Shown one piece after another: positions 38,142 to 46,771 of a DNA stretch of 64,000 nucleotides. Position 1 is the first letter of the stretch. The number at the start of each line of letters is the position of its first letter. The DNA comes from Candidatus Poribacteria bacterium. Lineage in GTDB: Bacteria; Poribacteria; WGA-4E; PCPOR2b. The position numbers and the translations under genes were made by a program. The notes beneath the pieces were generated by a model, which searched no databases, was not told the DNA's origin, and saw nothing but the letters and a program-made list of their open reading frames with translations. The stretch is from positions 5,472,001 to 5,536,000 of the forward strand of contig OZ220744.1 of the NCBI GenBank assembly GCA_965116925.1, read 5' to 3'.

Positions 38142-38447
38142 CTAGGTGGTGGTGTAAGGTTGAATCGCCTCTAGATTAGCAGTCTCTTTCTGACTGACAT
38201 GATACAGATCCCACCGGAATTGGAGGTTCATCCAGAAACTGGGCGACACCCCAAAGAATTTCGCCAAGCGGAGTGCGATACGGGGTGTTACTCCCCGGTG
38301 TTTATTCACAAGTTCATTAACACTCCGGTATGACACATGAATTGCCGTTGCCAGCTTCCGCTGACTGATATCCATTGGGCGCAGAAATTCCTCTAAAAGC
38401 ATTTCACCCGGATGGGTCGGAGGACGGTTAGTTGGCACACGAATCAT
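38142..38447 (-). CDS. higA: HigA/VapI family antitoxin (HTH)
   Basis: PTHPGEML.EEFL.P and ALRLAKFFG.SP.FWMNLQ motifs. Confidence 0.92.
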   Translation of the reverse strand: MIRVPTNRPPTHPGEMLLEEFLRPMDISQRKLATAIHVSYRSVNELVNKHRGVTPRIALRLAKFFGVSPSFWMNLQFRWDLYHVSQKETANLEAIQPYTTT

Positions 38448-38469
38448 TTTGTTTCTCCCTGATACAGGT

Positions 38470-38763
38470 TTAGTGATAATCCACAATTTCAACTTCAACT
38501 GGTCCGGTATCTGTCCACACAAAGCAAACATGGTATTGGTTATTGATTCGGATACTATATTGTTCAGCTCGATTGCCTTTCAAAGCCTCAAGTCGGTTAC
38601 CCGGTGGTATCCGAAGTTCGCCAAGTGAAATAACAGAATCAAGCTGGTCAAGCTTTCTGCTAGCAATCCGCCACAAAGTTCTAGGGCATGTTCTGTTAGC
38701 ATTTCTTGTATGGTTACCGTTAAAAATATCTTCGGTGCCTCTATTTTTAAATGATTGTATCAT
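38470..38763 (-). CDS. higB: HigB (RelE-like) toxin
   Basis: MIQSFK...TEDIF, PPGNRLEALKG, YSIRIN and EIVDYH motifs; located upstream of higA. Confidence 0.92.
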   Translation of the reverse strand: MIQSFKNRGTEDIFNGNHTRNANRTCPRTLWRIASRKLDQLDSVISLGELRIPPGNRLEALKGNRAEQYSIRINNQYHVCFVWTDTGPVEVEIVDYH

Positions 38764-38957
38764 GGCAGCGATATTTTTTAGCACCGTATTCTATAATTTT
38801 GCTCTCGAATGCTGTCAAAAAATGGGACTATTTTATCAGACGTTTTTCATGATTTTGAGTTTATCATTTTCTAAAATGGGCGAGCAGCAGGCATGATTTC
38901 CCCTCCTAAATCGCTACGAAATTTTGGAAATATCTTAAAAGAGAAGGAGCAAGATCA

Positions 38958-40085
38958 ATGGCAAAGTATCGAGCCGCGCTAATTGGGTGCGGTGGAAAAG
39001 GCAGAGACCATACCAATACCTTGATAAAGAACAAACTCGTGGATTTGGTCGCTTTTTGTGATATTCGTGAGGAAGCCTTGCAAGCATACCAAGAGATGTA
39101 CGGCGTGTCAGCCCTATACACAGATTATCAGGAGATGTTTGAGCGGGAGAACCTTGATCTTGTCGTGATTTCGACCCAGGCACCGCAACACCATGCGACA
39201 ACCCTTGCCGCAGCGGCGCACGGATGCCATGTCCTCTGCGAAAAGCCGATGGCTGTGGCGCTTGAGGAGGCGGATGAGATGGTCGCGGCGTGTGACGAAG
39301 CGGGTGTACGATTGTCTATCAACCATCAGAAACGTGCCAGTGCGTATAACGCTTATGCGAAAAGGTTGATTGCTGATGGGGAGATCGGTGAGGTCTTTTT
39401 GATACGCGCTTACGAAAAAGGGGGACGCAAATCGGGCAACGCGATGATGGAGATGGGGACGCACCTCTTTGATTGGGTGCACAATTTTGGGGGAGAGGTG
39501 AGTTGGGCGGCTGCACATATCACCTCGGCGGATTCTCTCGAAGCGGGAGCTCAGGACATCAAACATAGTCAGGAGGTCAACCCCCGTGACCGGGACGCGG
39601 GACTGGTCATCGGTGAGCGGGCGTTCTGTTCGTTTGGATTTGCCAACGGGATACATGCCGATTGTGACTTCTTGGCAGAACCTGAAGGAAATGATAGGGC
39701 GTATGGCTTAGATCTTATCGGCACAAAAGGGCGGATTGCGTTGCGTCGAAGCGTTGCCACGGTGATGTTCATCCACCGCGGCGCATTTATGACCCCCGTC
39801 GAAGGACATCAATGGCAACCGGTTTCGCTGCCCGATGAGGACCGTATTACGGGTCAACATCTGGGAACCCGAGACATTAATCAGGTGCTTCAATCTCGCC
39901 TCATCCACTCGTTGCTTGAACCCGATGGCCCGGCTGCCGATCCGATTTCGTCTGGTCGGGAGGGGCGGGCGTCGTTGGAGATGATTCACGGTTCATGGGA
40001 GTCTCACCGACAGGGTGGGCGTATTCCGTTCCCGCTCAAGGAGCGTAGCCACCCCCTGCAACGCTGGCGCGATGAGGTGAGTTAG
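38958..40085 (+). CDS. Gfo/Idh/MocA family oxidoreductase
   Basis: LIGCGGKG, HVLCEKPMA and MEMGTHLFD motifs. Confidence 0.9.
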   Translation: MAKYRAALIGCGGKGRDHTNTLIKNKLVDLVAFCDIREEALQAYQEMYGVSALYTDYQEMFERENLDLVVISTQAPQHHATTLAAAAHGCHVLCEKPMAVALEEADEMVAACDEAGVRLSINHQKRASAYNAYAKRLIADGEIGEVFLIRAYEKGGRKSGNAMMEMGTHLFDWVHNFGGEVSWAAAHITSADSLEAGAQDIKHSQEVNPRDRDAGLVIGERAFCSFGFANGIHADCDFLAEPEGNDRAYGLDLIGTKGRIALRRSVATVMFIHRGAFMTPVEGHQWQPVSLPDEDRITGQHLGTRDINQVLQSRLIHSLLEPDGPAADPISSGREGRASLEMIHGSWESHRQGGRIPFPLKERSHPLQRWRDEVS

Positions 40086-40150
40086 GGAGTAGATAGCTGC
40101 CGGGATTTTGGGTTGCTGAACCGTGGGAGTGAGGGGTATAATTAATCAAC

Positions 40151-41060
40151 TATAGTAGATTTAACAATTAACGAAACATATTGATAATATCCTCAATGGG
40201 GTTATCCGCATTGTATGACCGGAGCCGTTTTATATTTGCAAACTTGTGTTCAACGGGATTATAATCCGGCGAATACGGGGGCAAGTATAACAACGATGCA
40301 CCCCAAGCTTGTATCAATGCTTGGGTCTCAGTGGTCTTGTGAATCCGTGCATTATCCATTATCACGAGACTGTTGGCATCTAAATGTGGTGATAACTCTT
40401 CATCGAGCCATGTATTAAACCTTTGTGCATTACAACTGCCCGATAGTAACTTTGGGGCAATCAACTTATTATTCAGTTGCGCCACTATCAAAGTAGTAGT
40501 CCGGGTCTTTTGGCTGGGTATCAACCCATGGACACATTGCCCCCGGGGGGCATAGCCATAACTTCTAAAGGTTTCATCTGTAAAACCGGTCTCGTCGAGG
40601 TAAATCAGCGTTTTGCCTGATGCTTTTGCTCCTGCGAGTTGCTCCTGATAGGCTTGTCGTTTTTCTGGACATTGCTCCTTATATCCAAACGTTTTTTTTT
40701 CCGCGTGTAGCCGAGTCTTTTGAGTCCATAGCCGACACAGGCCGGTGAAACCCCAAAGTGTTGAGCGCGTTCTTTAAGGGTTTGGTCAGGGTGTACCTTG
40801 ACATGTTCAGCTAGTGCCGTTGGGTCAAGCAGTCTCGGTTTTGTGGGACCCGGTTTGCCCGGTGTGAGTGGGTCTGGGTCATTGAGCCATCGGTAAATCG
40901 CAGTTCGACCGACTTTGAACCGTTTTGCCGCTTCTGTTTTACTGCCACCATTTTCTATGAATTGAAGCACGCGGGTGCGTAAATCTGATGAATGTGCCAT
41001 AATACAAATAGGATAACATACTTCTGAAAAAATGTCCCTTTATTTCTTGGGTTTACTATA
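40151..41060 (-). mobile_element. IS630-family insertion sequence
   Basis: TA-flanked imperfect TIRs (TATAGTAGATTTAACAATTAA / TATAGTAAACCCAAGAAATAA) enclosing a two-ORF transposase. Confidence 0.92.
40168..41000 (-). CDS. IS630 transposase, OrfA+OrfB joined by a -1 frameshift at an A9 run
   Basis: HTH OrfA (MAHSSDLR...). After a shift at 40692-40700 the frame reads TFGYKE...YLDETGF...MDNARIH...YSPDYNPVEH (DDE triad). Confidence 0.9.
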
Positions 41061-41091
41061 AATTGGCCAAAGAAATGAGAGAGGGGCGAAC

Positions 41092-41460
41092 ATGACTCGG
41101 TATTTTGAAATGCTAAAACAGTATGTGATATCCGGTGGTCAGGTGTATCGAAGAGTATCTTGGATATTCATGCTTCTTGCCCTTATTGCAGGTTTTTTGT
41201 TGGGGTTTGTTGGGAGCTTTGTTGGATACTCAGGTTTTATCGTTGCATACTTTATTCTTGGGGGCTGCGGTTTCGCTGTGTTGATCCCTAGCATTGCTCT
41301 GTCAGTCAGTGTGCTCAATGACGCCAATCGCAGTGGGTGGTGGTTGCTTATCAGCTTTATCCCGCTCATCGGTTCTATAATTTTGCTTGGTTTTACGGCG
41401 CAAGATAGTCAGTCGAACGAGAATCAAGGTGGATGTAACCCAGAGGATGCCGCAGCATAG
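41092..41460 (+). CDS. DUF805 family membrane protein
   Basis: IPSIALSV..LND..RSGWWLLI.FIPLIG...QDSQ..EN pattern. Confidence 0.8.
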   Translation: MTRYFEMLKQYVISGGQVYRRVSWIFMLLALIAGFLLGFVGSFVGYSGFIVAYFILGGCGFAVLIPSIALSVSVLNDANRSGWWLLISFIPLIGSIILLGFTAQDSQSNENQGGCNPEDAAA

Positions 41461-41471
41461 GAATTTAACCC

Positions 41472-41672
41472 ATGAAAGCAGAATATGACTTTTCAGAGGG
41501 AGAACGTGGTAAGTTCTACAATCCAAAAGCGGTTTTCAATGTGCCCATCTATCTAGAGAAAGATGTTGATGATTTTATACGTAAACTAGCGGATGAGAAA
41601 GGTAAAGATCCCGAAAAGCTGGTCAATGAGCTGCTACGCGGTAATATACAATTGATTCAAAGTATCCAATGA
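41472..41672 (+). CDS. BrnA-like / CopG-type antitoxin, orphan
   Basis: MKAEYDFS.G.RGKFY N-terminus and IYLE.DV..F...A...G....LVNELLR. Confidence 0.65.
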   Translation: MKAEYDFSEGERGKFYNPKAVFNVPIYLEKDVDDFIRKLADEKGKDPEKLVNELLRGNIQLIQSIQ

Positions 41673-41696
41673 ACGCGCCTATTCTACCGTTACCGG

Positions 41697-43586
41697 CTAA
41701 TATTTCAGGATGGTTCCCCATTCACCAACGACCCAGAGAACGCCGTCAGGAGATCGGGTGATGTCGATTAAGCCGTTTGAGGTTGGAGTTTGCTGAACGA
41801 GCCATGTCACACCGCTATCTTTGGTATTGAGGAGCATTCCCTTTTCTCCGACTGCCCAGCCCTCGTTCTCCGTAGCGAAATAGATGCCATTCAACTTTTC
41901 AGCCGTCGGTGTAATTTGCCGGATCCACGTCTCTCCGCCATCCTTTGTCGCATAAATGGAACCGTCATCCCCAGCAATCCACGCGATTTTGGGGGTAAGA
42001 GCGAAAATTGCCCGTAGCTGGTTGGGCCCCGCCTGCTGCGCGCCCCATGTTTCCCCACCATCACCGGTTTTAATAATTACCCCTGCGTCACCAACTATCC
42101 ATCCCACATTCGCATCGACAAAATAGACACCGTTCAGGTTGCTGTAGCTAGCAGTCATATCCCCGGAATCTTGGCTTTGCCATGTACGTCCACCATCTTT
42201 TGTGCGCAAAATCTTGCCAAGTTCGCCGACACCCCATCCGTGTTGCGGTGTTGAAAAGTGGAGATCATAAAAGCCAACGGCACGCTTCCATCGAATCGCC
42301 TCGTCAAATTGGATGCGTTGGATTTGACCGGTCTCCGCCTCCACACTGATACCACCCCATGTTCTGCCGCCATCCCCCGTCTCGATCAGGGTTGCGTTAC
42401 TGCCAACGATGTAGCCTTGCATCGCGTCAACAAAACCGATGCCGAACAGTTCAAAGACATTCCCGGTATGCTGTTGTTGCCATGTTGTTCCGCCATCACG
42501 GGTAGCAAGTGCCATCCCAGATAGTCCAACCGCCCATCCCGTCTTGTCGTCAAGGAAGTGGACTGTTGTCAAGTGGCTGTTGATTGAGACCACATCCCAC
42601 GATGCACCGCCATCTTGACTGTGCAAGAGGGTTGCAAATTCGCCCACCGCCCACGCCTCTTGCGGACTGACTAGTTGGATAGCGTTCAAACGGCTGGGAA
42701 CGGGTCTCGGTTCGAGTGGAGCCCAATTCGTGCCGCCGTCGGTTGTCCTCAGAATCACGCCGAACTCTGCGGCTGCGAGTCCGTGATTGGTATCAATAAA
42801 ATGGATACCCCAGATAGGTTCTGGCATACCGTTGGAATTGGGGACATTGCTTTCTTGGGTTTCCCACGTTGCGCCGCCGTCAGCGGTATGAATCAGCGCA
42901 CCGTTACCGCCGGCTGCCCACCCTTCTTGGCTATTGAGCATACAGATTGAACTGATGCCGGCTGCGGAGTTGATTTTTTGGCTCTTCCAGGTCTGTCCAC
43001 TGTCTGTTGTATGGACAACTGTTCCGCCGTGCCCCGCAGCCCAACCGACCTTTTCGCTGGTAAAGTGCAAATCTTGAATCGCATTATTCGTCGGAGGATC
43101 CTGTTGAACCCAAGTGTCACCGCCATCCGCTGTATGAATGATAAGTCCACCATCGCCACCAGCCCAGCCGTGTTGGGTATCCACAAAAAACACGGCTGAC
43201 AACGCACGACGTGTGCCGGTGTTCAGCACCGTCCACGTTTCTCCATTATCGGTGGTCTTCAATACGGCACCATCCTCACCGACGATCCAGCCGGTTTGGG
43301 GATTGAGGAAGCGTACCTTGTGGAAATCTATCCTGAACGGAAGAGGTTTGCTCGGTTGTTCCCAAGTTTTACCGCCGTCGTTGGTACGCAGAATTGTTGC
43401 GTCTGACCCGACGATCCACCCATCCTGTTGAGAAACGAAGTGGATATCGGAAAACCCCGCTTGCCATCGAGATTCACGAACAAGCGTCCAGGTCTTGTCT
43501 GCTGCAAAGACGTTGGTTGATAGGAGAGATAACAGTATTGCGAACCCCAGAGCGCGTCTGGTATGCAACGGTATATTTTTCATCAT
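41697..43586 (-). CDS. Secreted YCF48-like / BNR (Asp-box) repeat beta-propeller protein
   Basis: Signal peptide and about 14 GW.VG..G.IL.T.DGG.TW repeats. Confidence 0.88.
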   Translation of the reverse strand: MMKNIPLHTRRALGFAILLSLLSTNVFAADKTWTLVRESRWQAGFSDIHFVSQQDGWIVGSDATILRTNDGGKTWEQPSKPLPFRIDFHKVRFLNPQTGWIVGEDGAVLKTTDNGETWTVLNTGTRRALSAVFFVDTQHGWAGGDGGLIIHTADGGDTWVQQDPPTNNAIQDLHFTSEKVGWAAGHGGTVVHTTDSGQTWKSQKINSAAGISSICMLNSQEGWAAGGNGALIHTADGGATWETQESNVPNSNGMPEPIWGIHFIDTNHGLAAAEFGVILRTTDGGTNWAPLEPRPVPSRLNAIQLVSPQEAWAVGEFATLLHSQDGGASWDVVSINSHLTTVHFLDDKTGWAVGLSGMALATRDGGTTWQQQHTGNVFELFGIGFVDAMQGYIVGSNATLIETGDGGRTWGGISVEAETGQIQRIQFDEAIRWKRAVGFYDLHFSTPQHGWGVGELGKILRTKDGGRTWQSQDSGDMTASYSNLNGVYFVDANVGWIVGDAGVIIKTGDGGETWGAQQAGPNQLRAIFALTPKIAWIAGDDGSIYATKDGGETWIRQITPTAEKLNGIYFATENEGWAVGEKGMLLNTKDSGVTWLVQQTPTSNGLIDITRSPDGVLWVVGEWGTILKY

Positions 43587-43614
43587 TGTTTCTGTCCTAT
43601 TCCGAGTCAGAGAG

Positions 43615-43848
43615 TCGCGATTCGGAGGGTACGCCTCCTACCGCACGTTTTTTGTAGGAGGAAATTCCAATTCCCACCCATTGCGTCGGTGATTGACGCT
43701 TTAGCAGCTTGCACTATAATAGTATACCATACCATACAGACGAATCTAGGGTCATTTAGTTTTAGACTTTTTAACCATTTTCTTTGAAAAGTCGTAATCG
43801 GGAAGTTGCTCCTAGAGTGAGGCATCGGGATTCGGAGATCCCTCCTAC
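43615..43848. repeat. Cluster of GTAGGAG-type REP units
   Basis: Reverse complement GTAGGAGGCGTACCCTCCGAATCGCGA (43615-43641), GTAGGAGGAAATTCCAATTCCC (from 43654), and reverse complement GTAGGAGGGATCTCCGAATCCCGA (43825-43848). Confidence 0.65.
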
Positions 43849-43977
43849 AGAAGGGTTAAATGACCCTAGACGGATCAAATCCCTCATTGACCGCGAAAAT
43901 AAAACGTGATATAATCGAGTCTACGAAATGTAAAATTTATGAATCGCTCAACTTCGTCTGGAGGATAGGAGCCCCCT

Positions 43978-44763
43978 TTGATCTTAGATACTATTGTCGC
44001 CCACAAACGGATAGAGTTGGAGGACGACAAGCAACGGCTGCCGTTAGATACGCTGAAACGCAAGATTCGGGATCTACCCCCGACGCGAGATTTTCGCGCT
44101 GTGCTGTCAACCCCGAATCGTATTCACCTGATCGCTGAAGTCAAAAAAAAATCCCCAAGTAAAGGAATTATCCGCGAGGATTTCGATCCAGTTGGAATCG
44201 CTCGGACCTATGCGGAAAACGGTGCATCGGCAATCTCAGTGCTGACCGACCGAGGATTTTTCGCCGGGGAACTCGCTTATCTGAGTGCTATTCGTGAAGC
44301 GGTGACACTCCCTCTCTTGCGGAAAGATTTTACTATTGATCCGTATCATATCTATCAAGCACGACTCGCCGGTGCGGACGCTATTCTGTTAATCGTCTCG
44401 ATTTTAACATTGACGCAACTGCGTGAATTTACTGAGATAGCGCGAAGTTTGGGACTCGCAAGCCTTGTCGAAGTCCATACCGAAGCGGAATTGGAATTGG
44501 CGTTGACGGGAGGCACAGAGATCGTTGGCATCAATAACCGGGATCTGAAAACCTTCCACACAGATATCGCAACCACCTTCTACTTGAGAGACTCCATCCC
44601 AACCGATAAAGTTATCGTCAGCGAAAGTGGCATCAATACACACAAGGACGTAATGAAACTCAAAGAGGCGGGAATCAACGCGATTCTGGTAGGAGAGTCA
44701 TTGATGCGGAGTCCGAATATTGGGGATAAAGTGAAAGAGCTGCTCGGATCTGAATCGGGTTAA
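43978..44763 (+). CDS. trpC: Indole-3-glycerol phosphate synthase
   Basis: IAEVKKKSPSKG, LRKDF, GINNRDL, VSESGI and LVGESLMR motifs; TTG start with upstream TTGACC-N17-TATAAT. Confidence 0.96.
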   Translation: MILDTIVAHKRIELEDDKQRLPLDTLKRKIRDLPPTRDFRAVLSTPNRIHLIAEVKKKSPSKGIIREDFDPVGIARTYAENGASAISVLTDRGFFAGELAYLSAIREAVTLPLLRKDFTIDPYHIYQARLAGADAILLIVSILTLTQLREFTEIARSLGLASLVEVHTEAELELALTGGTEIVGINNRDLKTFHTDIATTFYLRDSIPTDKVIVSESGINTHKDVMKLKEAGINAILVGESLMRSPNIGDKVKELLGSESG

Positions 44764-44787
44764 TCTTATTAGTTCGGAAGTGGATCA

Positions 44788-46653
44788 ATGTGCCGAGTTG
44801 TTATCCTGTTTTTTATCTTATTTGTCTCTTCCGCTTTTTCAGCCATCGAGTTTGAATCTGTTGAACTTGGGTTCGACAAGGTTTACAAACGGGAGCGATG
44901 GGCACCGCTACGGGTCGTTGTTACTAGCCATAATGAAGATTTCAACGGCGAGGTTAGGATTGAAGTCCGCAACATCTTTTCGGACGAACTGATTCAAACG
45001 TATGCCACCCCTCTTTCCCTTACGCGAACAGATCGTCAACGGCGTGTGATTCATGTTTTCTTGCCGGGAGTTTCCTCCCAACTGAGCATCAAGCTTGTCA
45101 GCCACGCCGGGCAAGTCCGAGTTCCTCAAGAATTAACACCGGAACTACCCAAATCGTTGGCGGACCTCATAATCCTCGCATTGACGCCAAGCCGTGATCT
45201 GTTGAGTCGCTGGGATGGAAAGCAGATCGACGATAAAGGGCACGCCTTTGTCGCCTATACTGATTTTAAGAAGTTACCTGTCCACTGGAAAGGGTACGAT
45301 TCAGTTGATTTTTTTGTGATTCGTGGGGTTTCCTTAGTTGAGCGTCGGATTTCTAAGCGACAACAACAGGCGTTACTCGATTGGGTTCAGCGGGGCGGCA
45401 CCTTGCTTGTGTCGGGCGGTGCGGATTTGCGCCAGCTGCATGGGAGTTTTCTGGAGATGTTTCTGCCGGTGGAGTTGGGTAACTTACGAAGAGCAACCCA
45501 ACTTCCCGAATCAATGCGGCGTTTTGGGTTTGCAGCCGATTTACCCTTTGACCTGATTGAATTTAAGTCTAAGCCCGGGATGGTTGGACTCGCTGTTGGC
45601 GAAGACCAAATCTATATCGCCAAAAGATTTTTGGGTGGTGGGCAGATCATTAGCTTGGGGTTTGATTACAACGCACCTCCTTTTTCTTATTCGCCGGGAG
45701 CGGAGGCATTTTGGAAGTGGATGCTTGAGGCAGAGGTCCGAACACCACGCCATACTGAAGCACGATACGAAGCCGATCGCAGACACGACGAAAAGATCCG
45801 GGCGATCTTGGCAACCGTTCCTTCGGTGAAAGCCCCATTGATTTGGCTGATGTTTGTTTTCTTGGTTGTATATGCACTGGGTTTCGGTGCTTTGATATGG
45901 CGAGGTGGAAAAGGTAAACCTCGTCTATATTGGGGCGGAGGTATTGCACTCGCGGTACTTTTTTTATGCGGTGTTATTCTGCCGCGACACTTTGTACCGA
46001 GTCCGGTCTCGGTGAAGCGTTTTTCAATTTTATCCGTTTATCCTTCAACGAACCGTGCTCACCTGCAAACCTACATCGGAATTATTGCTTCAGCAAGCGT
46101 TGAAACATCAATCCAGTTTCAGGGAAGGACTTTTATCAGACCCTTAACAGGGACTGCCACCCCCCCGTTGCAACTGGTTGAACCTGAAGGGATGAAAGAT
46201 CTTTCGATCCTGCGTCAAGCAGCTTTAGATCCGTGGATCACACGAGCCTACTTTGCGGAGACTTTTATCGATTTTCCGGTGCACCTGACATGGGAGCGCG
46301 GAGTGACAACCAATCGGATTGAACATAGGCTCCCCTATACGTTGGAAAACGCATGGCTTATCGATCAGGGAGAATATCCTCACATCGGCACGATTCCGCC
46401 CGCAACGGCTATTGAGATAAAGGAAAACCCAAAAAGATATAACAGGTCTCCCCTCTCTCAAGCACTAGTCGGTGAGCGAAAAGCGTTTATGCGGATATTG
46501 ATTGGTGAGGTCGTCCTACGCTATTTGGCACAAGAGGGATCACCAAAACTCGTTGGCTGGACGCAAACCGCTCCATTGCCGATGTCGATGGATCACCCCG
46601 TGAACGCTGTCGATGAAACGCTTGTGATTTTATATTTACCAGAGCACCGCTAA
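44788..46653 (+). CDS. Hypothetical membrane protein with GATase-like extracytoplasmic domain
   Basis: Signal peptide, W.PLRV.V, GYD..D...I, ALLDWV..GG.L.VSGG and two central TM helices. Confidence 0.6.
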   Translation: MCRVVILFFILFVSSAFSAIEFESVELGFDKVYKRERWAPLRVVVTSHNEDFNGEVRIEVRNIFSDELIQTYATPLSLTRTDRQRRVIHVFLPGVSSQLSIKLVSHAGQVRVPQELTPELPKSLADLIILALTPSRDLLSRWDGKQIDDKGHAFVAYTDFKKLPVHWKGYDSVDFFVIRGVSLVERRISKRQQQALLDWVQRGGTLLVSGGADLRQLHGSFLEMFLPVELGNLRRATQLPESMRRFGFAADLPFDLIEFKSKPGMVGLAVGEDQIYIAKRFLGGGQIISLGFDYNAPPFSYSPGAEAFWKWMLEAEVRTPRHTEARYEADRRHDEKIRAILATVPSVKAPLIWLMFVFLVVYALGFGALIWRGGKGKPRLYWGGGIALAVLFLCGVILPRHFVPSPVSVKRFSILSVYPSTNRAHLQTYIGIIASASVETSIQFQGRTFIRPLTGTATPPLQLVEPEGMKDLSILRQAALDPWITRAYFAETFIDFPVHLTWERGVTTNRIEHRLPYTLENAWLIDQGEYPHIGTIPPATAIEIKENPKRYNRSPLSQALVGERKAFMRILIGEVVLRYLAQEGSPKLVGWTQTAPLPMSMDHPVNAVDETLVILYLPEHR

Positions 46654-46771
46654 ATGAGGTGAGGTGGAGGCGGGAGAACGTGGGGATGAGTAAGCGAGGG
46701 AGCGGGACAGGACACTCGCTTCCTTACCTCCTCGCTGCCTCGCCCCCTCAGAAATAGGAGACGAGAACATA

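Noticed and set aside
38142..41672. Prophage or integrative element around higBA and IS630
   Set aside because: No integrase, phage or conjugation genes and no att-like repeats; metabolic genes are interspersed.
41697..43586. DNA-level tandem repeat array
   Set aside because: The periodicity is explained by protein BNR/YCF48 propeller repeats with divergent codons.
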